From positions 128,030,001-128,094,000 of the forward strand of contig NC_042998.1 of NCBI RefSeq assembly GCF_006345805.1: a DNA stretch of 64,000 bases, in the 5' to 3' direction. Shown one piece after another: positions 23,018 through 35,000 of this stretch. The notes under the pieces are model-generated. The model saw only the letters and a list, made by a program, of their open reading frames with translations. It was not told the DNA's origin and did not search any database. Positions within the stretch are counted from its first letter, which is position 1. Each line of letters opens with the position of its first letter. The translations under genes and the position numbers were made by a program. Origin of the DNA: Octopus sinensis (taxonomy: Eukaryota).

Positions 23018-26000
23018 AGCTATCTCACATATTCTAGGCAAGAAAAATATTTCGGGCGGTCCACTTGATGATTCTGCGAATGTGTTGTTCCATCGTTCTT
23101 ACATCAGTTTTCGACTTATGAGCAGGCTCGGTTGTGTAGCTAAGAAGTTTGCTTCACAGTCACTGTCTCACTGCGCGACACATGGAACAAATGTGTTCTG
23201 CTATATTGTTGAGCCAGCTATCTCACATATTCTAGGCAAGAAAAATATTTCGGGCGGTCCCTTGATGATTCTGCGAATGTGTTGTTCCATCGTTCTTACA
23301 TCAGTTTTCGACTTATGAGCAGGCTCGGTTGTGTAGCTAAGAAGTTTGCTTCACAGTCACTGTCTCACTGCGCGACACATGGAACAAATGTGTTTGCTAT
23401 ATTGTTGAGCCAGCTATCTCACATATTCTAGGCAAGGCAAGAAAATATTTCGGGCGGTCCACTTGATGCTCTGCGAATGTGTTGTTCCATCGTTCTTACA
23501 TCCGTTTTCGACTTATGAGCAGGCTCGGTTGTGTAGCTAAGAAGTTTGCTTCACAGTCACTGTCTCACTGCGCGACACATGGAACAAATGTGTTCTGCTA
23601 TATTGTTGAGCCAGCTATCTCACATATTCTAGGCAAGAAAAATATTTCGGCGGTCCACTTGATGATTCTGCGAATGTGTTGTTCCATCGTTCTTACATCA
23701 GTTTTCGACTTATGAGCAGGCTCGGTTGTGTAGCTAAGAAGTTTGCTTCACAGTCACTGTCTCACTCACTGCGCGACACATGGAACAAATGTGTTCTGCT
23801 ATATTGTTGAGCCAGCTATCTCACATATTCTAGGCAAGAAAAATATTTCGGGCGGTCCACTTGATGATTCTGCGAATGTGTTGTTCCATCGTTCTTACAT
23901 CAGTTTTCGACTTATGAGCAGGCTCGGTTGTGTAGCTAAGAAGTTTGCTTCACAGTCACTGTCTCACTGCGCGACACATGGAACAAATGTGTTCTGCTAT
24001 ATTGTTGAGCCAGCTATCTCACATATTCTAGGCAAGAAAAATATTTCGGGCGGTCCACTTGATGATTCTGCGAATGTGTTGTTCCATCGTTCTTACATCA
24101 GTTTTCGACTTATGAGCAGGCTCGGTTGTGTAGCTAAGAAGTTTGCTTCACAGTCACTGTCTCACTGCGCGACACATGGAACAAATGTGTTCTGCTATAT
24201 TGTTGAGCCAGCTATCTCACATATTCTAGGCAAGAAAAATATTTCGGGCGGTCCACTTGATGATTCTGCGAATGTGTTGTTCCACCATCGTTCTTACATC
24301 CGTTTTCGACTTATGAGCAGGCTCGGTTGTGTAGCTAAGAAGTTTGCTTCACAGTCACTGTCTCACTGCGCGACACATGGAACAAATGTGTTCTGCTATA
24401 TTGTTGAGCCAGCTATCTCACATATTCTAGGCAAGAAAATATTTCGGGCGGTCCACTTGATGATTCTGCGAATGTGTTGTTCCATCGTTCTTACATCAGT
24501 TTTCGACTTATGAGCAGGCTCGGTTGTGTAGCTAAGAAGTTTGCTTCACAGTCACTGTCTCACTGCGCGACACATGGAACAAATGTGTTCTGCTATATTG
24601 TTGAGCAGCTATCTCACATATTCTAGGCAAGAAAAATATTTCGGGCGGTCCACTTGATGATTCTGCGAATGTGTTGTTCCATCGTTCTTACATCAGTTTT
24701 CGACTTATGAGCAGGCTCGGTTGTGTAGCTAAGAAGTTTGCTTCACAGTCACTGTCTCACTGCGCGACACATGGAACAAATGTGTTCTGCTATATTGTTG
24801 AGCCAGCTATCTCACATATTCTAGGCAAGAAAAATATTTCGGGCGGTCCACTTGATGATTCTGCGAATGTGTTGTTCCATCGTTCTTACATCAGTTTTCG
24901 ACTTATGAGCAGGCTCGGTTGTGTAGCTAAGAAGTTTGCTTCACAGTCACTGTCTCACTGCGCGACACATGGAACAAATGTGTTCTGCTATATTGTTGAG
25001 CCAGCTATCTCACATATTCTAGGCAAGAAAAATATTCGGGCGGTCCACTTGATGATTCTGCGAATGTGTTGTTCCATCGTTCTTACATCAGTTTTCGACT
25101 TATGAGCAGGCTCGGTTGTGTAGCTAAGAAGTTTGCTTCACAGTCACTGTCTCACTGCGCGACACATGGAACAAATGTGTTCTGCTATATTGTTGAGCCA
25201 GCTATCTCACATATTCTAGGCGAAAAATATTTCGGGCGGTCCACTTGATGATTCTGCGAATGTGTTGTTCCATCGTTCTTACATCACATCAGTTTTCGAC
25301 TTATGAGCAGGCTCGGTTGTGTAGCTAAGAAGTTTGCTTCACAGTCACTGTCTCACTGCGCGACACATGGAACAAATGTGTTCTGCTATATTGTTGAGCC
25401 AGCTATCTCACATATTCTAGGCAAGAAAATATTTCGTTCGGGCGGTCCACTTGATGATTCTGCGAATGTGTTGTTCCATCGTTCTTACATCAGTTTTCGA
25501 CTTATGAGCAGGCTCGGTTGTGTAGCTAAGAAGTTTGCTTCACAGTCACTGTCTCACTGCGCGACACATGGAACAAATGTGTTCTGCTATATTGTTGAGC
25601 CAGCTATCTCACATATTCTAGGCAAGAAAAATATTTCGGGCGGTCCACTTGATGATTCTGCGAATGTGTTGTTCCATCGTTCTTACATCAGTTTTCGACT
25701 TATGAGCAGGCTCGGTTGTGTAGCTAAGAAGTTTGCTTCACAGTCACTGTCTCACTGCGCGACACATGGAACAAATGTGTTCTGCTATATTGTTGAGCCA
25801 GCTATCTCACATATTCTAGGCAAGAAAAATATTTCGGGCGGTCCACTTGATGATTCTGCGAATGTGTTGTTCCATCGTTCTTACATCAGTTTTCGACTTA
25901 TGAGCAGGCTCGGTTGTGTAGCTAAGAAGTTTGCTTCACAGTCACTGTCTCACTGCGCGACACATGGAACAAATGTGTTCTGCTATATTGTTGAGCCAGC

Positions 26001-29000
26001 TATCTCACATATTCTAGGCAAGAAAAATATTTCGGGCGGTCCACTTGATGATTCTGCGAATGTGTTGTTCCATCGTTCTTACATCAGTTTTCGACTTATG
26101 AGCAGGCTCGGTTGTGTAGCTAAGAAGTTTGCTTCACAGTCACTGTCTCACTGCGCGACACATGGAACAAATGTGTTCTGCTATATTGTTGAGCCAGCTA
26201 TCTCACATATACTAGGCAAAAAAATATTTCGGGCGGTCCACTTGATGATTCTGCGAATGTGTTGTTCCATCGTTCTTACATCAGTTTTCGACTTATGAGC
26301 AGGCTCGGTTGTGTAGCTAAGAAGTTTGCTTCACAGTCACTGTCTCACTGCGCGACACATGGAACAAATGTGTTCTGCTATATTGTTGAGCCAGCTATCT
26401 CACATATTCTAGGCAAGAAAAATATTTCGGGCGGTCCACTTGATGATTCTGCGAATGTGTTGTTCCATCGTTCTTACATCCGTTTTCGACTTATGAGCAG
26501 GCTCGGTTGTGTAGCTAAGAAGTTTGCTTCACAGTCACTGTCTCACTGCGCGACACATGGAACAAATGTGTTCTGCTATATTGTTGAGCCAGCTATCTCA
26601 CATATTCTAGGCAAGAAAAATATTTCGGGCGGTCCACTTGATGATTCTGCGAATGTGTTGTTCCATCGTTCTTACATCAGTTTTCGACTTATGAGCAGGC
26701 TCGGTTGTGTAGCTAAGAAGTTTGCTTCACAGTCACTGTCTCACTGCGCGACACATGGAACAAATGTGTTCTGCTATATTGTTGAGCCAGCTATCTCACA
26801 TATTCTAGGCAGAAAAATATTTCGGGCGGTCCACTTGATGATTCTGCGAATGTGTTGTTCCATCGTTCTTACATCCGTTTTCGACTTATGAGCAGGCTCG
26901 GTTGTGTAGCTAAGAAGTTTGCTTCACAGTCACTGTCTCACTGCGCGACACATGGAACAAATGTGTTCTGCTATATTGTTGAGCCAGCTATCTCACATAT
27001 TCTAGGCAAGAAAAATATTTCGGGCGGGCGGTCCACTTGATGATTCTGCGAATGTGTTGTTCCATCGTTCTTACATCCGTTTTCGACTTATGAGCAGGCT
27101 CGGTTGTGTAGCTAAGAAGTTTGCTTCACAGTCACTGTCTCACTGCGCGACACATGGAACAAATGTGTTCTGCTATATTGTTGAGCCAGCTATCTCACAT
27201 ATTCTAGGCAAGAAAAATATTTCGGGCGGTCCACTTGATGATTCTGCGAATGTGTTGTTCCATCGTTCTTACATCAGTTTTCGACTTATGAGCAGGCTCG
27301 GTTGTGTAGCTAAGAAGTTTGCTTCACAGTCACTGTCTCACTGCGCGACACATGGAACAAATGTGTTCTGCTATATTGTTGAGCCAGCTATCTCACATAT
27401 TCTAGGCAAGAAAAATATTTCGGGCGGTCCACTTGATGATTCTGCGAATGTGTTGTTCCAATCGTTCTTACATCAGTTTTCGACTTATGAGCAGGCTCGG
27501 TTGTGTAGCTAAGAAGTTTGCTTCACAGTCACTGTCTCACTGCGCGACACATGGAACAAATGTGTTCTGCTATATTGTTGAGCCAGCTATCTCATCATAT
27601 TCTAGGCAAGAAAAATATTTTCGGGCTGTCCACTTGATGATTCTGCGAATGTGTTGTTCCATCGTTCTTACATCAGTTTTCGACTTATGAGCAGGCTCGG
27701 TTGTGTAGCTAAGAAGTTTGCTTCACAGTCACTGTCTCACTGCGCGACACATGGAACAAATGTGTTCTGCTATATTGTTGAGCCAGCTATCTCACATATT
27801 CTAGGCAAGAAAAATATTTCGGGCGGTCCACTTGATGATTCTGCGAATGTGTTGTTCCATCGTTCTTACATCAGTTTTCGACTTATGAGCAGGCTCGGTT
27901 GTGTAGCGAAGAAGTTTGCTTCACAGTCACTGTCTCACTGCGCGACACATGGAACAAATGTGTTCTGCTATATTGTTGAGCCAGCTATCTCACATATTCT
28001 AGGCAAGAAAAATATTTCGGGCGGTCCACTTGATGATTCTGCGCGAATGTGTTGTTCCATCGTTCTTACATCAGTTTTCGACTTATGAGCAGGCTCGGTT
28101 GTGTAGCTAAGAAGTTTGCTTCACAGTCACTGTCTCACTGCGCGACACATGGAACAAATGTGTTCTGCTATATTGTTGAGCCAGCTATCTCACATATTCT
28201 AGGCAAGAAAATATTTCGGGCGGGCCACTTGATGATTCTGCGAATGTGTTGTTCCATCGTTCTTACATCATTTTCGACTTATGAGCAGGCTCGGTTGTGT
28301 AGCTAAGAAGTTTGCTTCACAGTCACTGTCTCACTGCGCGACACATGGAACAAATGTGTTCTGCTATATGTTGAGCCAGCTATCTCACATATTCTAGGCA
28401 AGAAAAATATTTCGGGCGGTCCACTTGATGATTCTGCGAATGTGTTGTTCCATCGTTCTTACATCAGTTTTCGACTTATGAGCAGGCTCGGTTGTGTAGC
28501 TAAGAAGTTTGCTTCACAGTCACTGTCTCACTGCGCGACACATGGAACAAATGTGTTCTGCTATATTGTTGAGGCAGCTATCTCACATATTCTAGGCAAG
28601 AAAAATATTTCGGGCGGTCCACTTGATGATTCTGCGAATGTGTTGTTCCATCGTTCTTACATCAGTTTTCGACTTATGAGCAGGCTCGGTTGTGTAGCTA
28701 AGAAGTTTGCTTCACAGTCACTGTCTCACTGCGCGACACATGGAACAAATGTGTTCTGCTATATTGTTGAGCCAGCTATCTCACATATTCTAGGCAAGAA
28801 AAATATTTCGGGCGTTCCACTTGATGATTCTGCGAATGTGTTGTTCCATCGTTCTTACATCCGTTTTCGACTTATGAGCAGGCTCGGTTGTGTAGCTAAG
28901 AAGTTTGCTTCACAGTCACTGTCTCACTGCGCGACACATGGAACAAATGTGTTCTGCTATATTGTTGAGCCAGCTATCTCACATATTCTAGGCAAGAAAA

Positions 29001-32000
29001 TATTTCGGGCGGTCCACTTGATGATTCTGCGAATGTGTTGTTCCATCGTTCTTACATCAGTTTTCGACTTATGAGCAGGCTCGGTTGTGTAGCTAAGAAG
29101 TTTGCTTCACAGTCACTGTCTCACTGCGCGACACATGGAACAAATGTGTTCTGCTATATTGTTGAGCCAGCTATCTCACATATTCTAGGCAAGAAAAATA
29201 TTTCGGGCGGTCCACTTGATGATTCTGCGAATGTGTTGTTCCATCGTTCTTACATCCGTTTTCGACTTATGAGCAGGCTCGGTTGTGTAGCTAAGAAGTT
29301 TGCTTCACAGTCACTGTCTCACTCCGCGACACATGGAACAAATGTGTTCTGCTATATTGTGGAGCCAGCTATCTCACATATTCTAGGCAAGAAAAATATT
29401 TCGGGCGGTCCACTTGATGATTCTGCGAATGTGTTGTTCCATCGTTCATACATCAGTTTTCGACTTATGAGCAGGCTCGGTTGTGTAGCTAAGAAGTTTG
29501 CTTCACAGTCACTGTCTCACTGCGCGACACATGGAACAAATGTGTTCTGCTATATTGTTGAGCCAGCTATCTCACATATTCTAGGCAAGAAAAATATTTC
29601 GGGCGGTCCACTTGATGATTCTGCGAATGTGTTGTTCCATCGTTCTTACATCCGTTTTCGACTTATGAGCAGGCTCGGTTGTGTAGCTAAGAAGTTTGCT
29701 TCACAGTCACTGTCTCACTGCGCGACACATGGAACAAATGTGTTCTGCTATATTGTTGAGCCAGCTATCTCACATATTCTAGGCAAGAAAAATTTTCGGG
29801 CGGTCCACTTGATGATTCTGCGAAGTGTTTGTTCCATCGTTCTTACATCCGTTTTCGACTTATGAGCAGGCTCGGTTGTGTAGCTAAGAATTTGCTTCAC
29901 AGTCACTGTCTCACTGCGCGACACATGGAACGAATGTGTTCTGCTATATTGTTGAGCCAGCTATCTCATCACATATTCATCAGGCAGAAAAATATTTCGG
30001 GCGGTCCACTTGATGATTCTGCGAATGTGTTGTTCCATCGTTCTTACATCCGTTTTCGACTTATGAGCAGGCTCGGTTGTGTAGCTAAGAAGTTTGCTTC
30101 ACAGTCACTGTCTCACTCACTGCGCGACACATGGAACAAATGTGTTCTGCTATATTGTTGAGCCAGCTATCTCATATTCTAGGCAAGAAAAATATTTCGG
30201 GCGGTCCACTTGATGATTCTGCGAATGTGTTGTTCCATCGTTCTTACATCAGTTTTCGACTTATGAGCAGGCTCGGTTGTGTAGCTAAGAAGTTTGCTTC
30301 ACAGTCACTGTCTCACTGCGCGACACATGGAACAAATGTGTTCTGCTATATTGTTGAGCCAGCTATCTCACATATTCTAGGCAAGAAAATATTTCGGGCG
30401 GTCCACTTGATGATTCTGCGAATGTGTTGTTCCATCGTTCTTACATCAGTTTTCGACTTATGAGCAGGCTCGGTTGTGTAGCTAAGAAGTTTGCTTCACA
30501 GTCACTGTCTCACTGCGCGACACATGGAACAAATGTGTTCTGCTATATTGTTGAGCCAGCTATCTCACATATTCTAGGCAAGAAAAATATTTCGGGCGGT
30601 CCACTTGATGATTCTGCGAATGTGTTGTTCCATCGTTCTTACATCAGTTTTCGACTTATGAGCAGGCTCGGTTGTGTAGCTAAGAAGTTTGCTTCACAGT
30701 CACTGTCTCACTGCGCGACACATGGAACAAATGTGTTCTGCTATATTGTTGAGCCAGCTATCTCACATATTCTAGGCAAGAAAAATATTTCGGGCGGTCC
30801 ACTTGATGATTCTGCGAATGTGTTGTTCCATCGTTCTTACATCAGTTTTCGACTTATGAGCAGGCTCGGTTGTGTAGCTAAGAAGTTTGCTTCACAGTCA
30901 CTGTCTCACTGCGCGACACATGGAACAAATGTGTTCTGCTATATTGTTGAGCCAGCTATCTCACATATTCTAGGCAAGAAAAATATTCGGCGGGCGGTCC
31001 ACTTGATGATTCTGCGAATGTGTTGTTCCATCGTTCTTACATCAGTTTTCGACTTATGAGCAGGCTCGGTTGTGTAGCTAAGAAGTTTGCTTCACAGTCA
31101 CTGTCTCACTGCGCGACACATGGAACAAATGTGTTCTGCTATATTGTTGAGCCAGCTATCTCACATATTCTAGGCAAGAAAAATATTTCGGGCGGTCCAC
31201 TTGATGATTCTGCGAATGTGTTGTTCCATCGTTCTTACATCCGTTTTCGACTTATGAGCAGGCTCGGTTGTGTAGCTAAGAAGTTTGCTTCACAGTCACT
31301 GTCTCACTGCGCGACACATGGAACAAATGTGTTCTGCTATATTGTTGAGCCAGCTATCTCACATATTCTAGGCAAGAAAAATATTTCGGGCGGTCCACTT
31401 GATGATTCTGCGAATGTGTTGTTCCATCGTTCTTACATCAGTTTTCGACTTATGAGCAGGCTCGGTTGTGTAGCTAAGAAGTTTGCTTCACAGTCACTGT
31501 CTCACTGCGCGACACATGGAACAAATGTGTTCTGCTATATTGTTGAGGCAGCTATCTCACATATTCTAGGCAAGAAAAATATTTCGGGCGGTCCACTTGA
31601 TGATTCTGCGAATGTGTTGTTCCATCGTTCTTACATCAGTTTTCGACTTATGAGCAGGCTCGGTTGTGTAGCTAAGAAGTTTGCTTCACAGTCACTGTCT
31701 CACTCACTGCGCGACACATGGAACAAATGTGTTCTGCTATATTGTTGAGCCAGCTATCTCACATATTCTAGGCAAGAAAAATATTTCAAGGCGGTCCACT
31801 TGATGATTCTGCGAATGTGTTGTTCCATCGTTCTTACATCAGTTTTCGACTTATGAGCAGGCTCGGTTGTGTAGCTAAGAAGTTTGCTTCACAGTCACTG
31901 TCTCACTGCGCGACACATGGAACAATGTGTTCTGCTATATTGTTGAGCCAGCTATCTCACATATTCTAGGCAAGAAAAATATTTCGGGCGGTCCACTTGA

Positions 32001-35000
32001 TGATTCTGCGAATGTGTTGTTCCATCGTTCTTACATCAGTTTTCGACTTATGAGCAGGCTCGGTTGTGTAGCTAAGAAGTTTGCTTCACAGTCACTGTCT
32101 CACTGCGCGACACATGGAACAAATGTGTTCTGCTATATTGTTGAGCCAGCTATCTCACATATTCTAGGCAAAAAAATATTTCGGGCGGTCCACTTGATGA
32201 TTCTGCGAATGTGTTGTTCCATCGTTCTTACATCAGTTTTCGACTTATGAGCAGGCTCGGTTGTGTAGCTAAGAAGTTTGCTTCACAGTCACTGTCTCAC
32301 TGCGCGACACATGGAACAAATGTGTTCTGCTATATTGTTGAGCCAGCTATCTCACATATTCTAGGCAAGAAAAATATTTCGGGCGGTCCACTTGATGATT
32401 CTGCGAATGTGTTGTTCCATCGTTCTTACATCAGTTTTCGACTTATGAGCAGGCTCGGTTGTGTAGCTAAGAAGTTTGCTTCACAGTCACTGTCTCACTG
32501 CGCGACACATGGAACAAATGTGTTCTGCTATATTGTTGAGCCAGCTATCTCACATATTCTAGGCAAGAAAAATATTTCGGGCGGTCCACTTGATGATTCT
32601 GCGAATGTGTTGTTCCATCGTTCTTACATCAGTTTTCGACTTATGAGCAGGCTCGGTTGTGTAGCTAAGAAGTCTGCTTCACAGTCACTGTCTCACTGCG
32701 CGACACATGGAACAAATGTGTTCTGCTATATTGTTGAGCCAGCTATCTCACATATTCTAGGCAAGAAAATATTTCGGGCGGTCCACTTGATGATTCTGCG
32801 AATGTGTTGTTCCATCGTTCTTACATCCGTTTTCGACTTATGAGCAGGCTCGGTTGTGTAGCTAAGAAGTTTGCTTCACAGTCACTGTCTCACTGCGCGA
32901 CACATGGAACAAATGTGTTCTGCTATATTGTTGAGCCAGCTATCTCACATATTCTAGGCAAGAAAAATATTTCGGGCGGTCCACTTGATGATTCTGCGAA
33001 TGTGTTGTTCCATCGTTCTTACATCAGTTTTCGACTTATGAGCAGGCTCGGTTGTGTAGCTAAGAAGTTTGCTTCACAGTCACTGTCTCACTGCGCGACA
33101 CATGGAACAAATGTGTTCTGCTATATTGTTGAGCCAGCTATCACATATTCTAGGCAAGAAAAATATTTCGGGCGGTCCACTTGATGATTCTGCTGCGAAT
33201 GTGTTGTTCCATCGTTCTTACATCAGTTTTCGACTTATGAGCAGGCTCGGTTGTGTAGCTAAGAAGTTTGCTTCACAGTCACTGTCTCACTGCGCGACAC
33301 ATGGAACAAATGTATTCTGCTATATTGTTGAGCCAGCTATCTCACATATTCTAGGCAAGAAAAATATTTCGGGCGGTCCACTTGATGATTCTGCGAATGT
33401 GTTGTTCCATCGTTCTTACATCAGTTTTCGACTTATGAGCAGGCTCGGTTGTGTAGCTAAGAAGTTTGCTTCACAGTCACTGTCTCACTGCGCGACACAT
33501 GGAACAAATGTGTTCTGCTATATTGTTGAGCCAGCTATCTCACATATTCTAGGCAAGAAAAATATTTCGGGCGGTCCACTTGATGATTCTGCGCGAATGT
33601 GTTGTTCCATCGTTCTTACATCCGTTTTCGACTTATGAGCAGGCTCGGTTGTGTAGCTAAGAAGTTTGCTTCACAGTCACTGTCTCACTGCGCGACACAT
33701 GGAACAAATGTGTTCTGCTATATTGTTGAGCCAGCTATCTCACATATTCTAGGCAAGAAAAATATTTCGGGCGGTCCACTTGATGATTCTGCGAATGTGT
33801 TGTTCCATCGTTCTTACATCCGTTTTCGACTTATGAGCAGGCTCGGTTGTGTAGCTAAGAAGTTTGCTTCACAGTCACTGTCTCACTCTCACTGCGCGAC
33901 ACATGGAACAAATGTGTTCTGCTATATTGTTGAGCCAGCTATCTCACATATTCTAGGCAAGAAAAATATTTCGGGCGGTCCACTTGATGATTCTGCGAAT
34001 GTGTTGTTCCATCGTTCTTACATCAGTTTTCGACTTATGAGCAGGCTCGGTTGTGTAGCTAAGAAGTTTGCTTCACAGTCACTGTCTCACTGCGCGACAC
34101 ATGGAACAAATGTGTTCTGCTATATTGTTGAGCCAGCTATCTCACATATTCTAGGCAAGAAAATATTTCGGGCGGTCCACTTGATGATTCTGCGAATGTG
34201 TTGTTCCATCGTTCTTACATCAGTTTTCGACTTATGAGCAGGCTCGGTTGTGTAGCTAAGAAGTTTGCTTCACAGTCACTGTCTCACTGCGCTGCGCGAC
34301 ACATGGAACAAATGTGTTCTGCTATATTGTTGAGGCAGCTATCTCACATATTCTAGGCAAAAAAATATTTCGGGCGGTCCACTTGATGATTCTGCGAATG
34401 TGTTGTTCCATCGTTCTTACATCAGTTTTCGACTTATGAGCAGGCTCGGTTGTGTAGCTAAGAAGTTTGCTTCACAGTCACTGTCACTCACTGCGCGACA
34501 CATGGAACAAATGTGTTCTGCTATATTGTTGAGCCAGCTATCTCACATATTCTAGGAGAAAAAATATTTCGGGCGGTCCACTTGATGATTCTGCGAATGT
34601 GTTGTTCCATCGTTCTTACATCAGTTTTCGACTTATGAGCAGGCTCGGTTGTGTAGCTAAGAAGTTTGCTTCACAGTCACTGTCTCACTGCGCGACACAT
34701 GGAACAAATGTGTTCTGCTATATTGTGGAGCCAGCTATCTCACATATTCTAGGCAAGAAAAATTTCGGGCGGTTCCACTTGATGATTCTGCGAATGTGTT
34801 GTTCCATCGTTCTTACATCCGTTTTCGACTTATGAGCAGGCTCGGTTGTGTAGCTAAGAAGTTTGCTTCACAGTCACTGTCTCACTGCGCGACACATGGA
34901 ACAAATGTGTTCTGCTATTGTTGAGGCCAGCTATCTCACATATTCTAGGCAAGAAAAATATTTCGGGCGGTCCACTTGATGATTCTGCGAATGTGTTGTT

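Noticed and set aside
23065-23081. Hammerhead ribozyme/retrozyme core (TTGATGA-ttctgc-GAAT) in each unit
   Set aside because: The core needs CUGAUGA and GAAA with stems I-III. Both motifs are mismatched and no supporting stems were found. On the minus strand GAAA and CTGATG abut in an unusable arrangement. An Infernal scan would settle it.
23065-23215. Tandem C/D-box snoRNA cluster (TGATGA box C)
   Set aside because: No CTGA box D on the same strand and no terminal stem.
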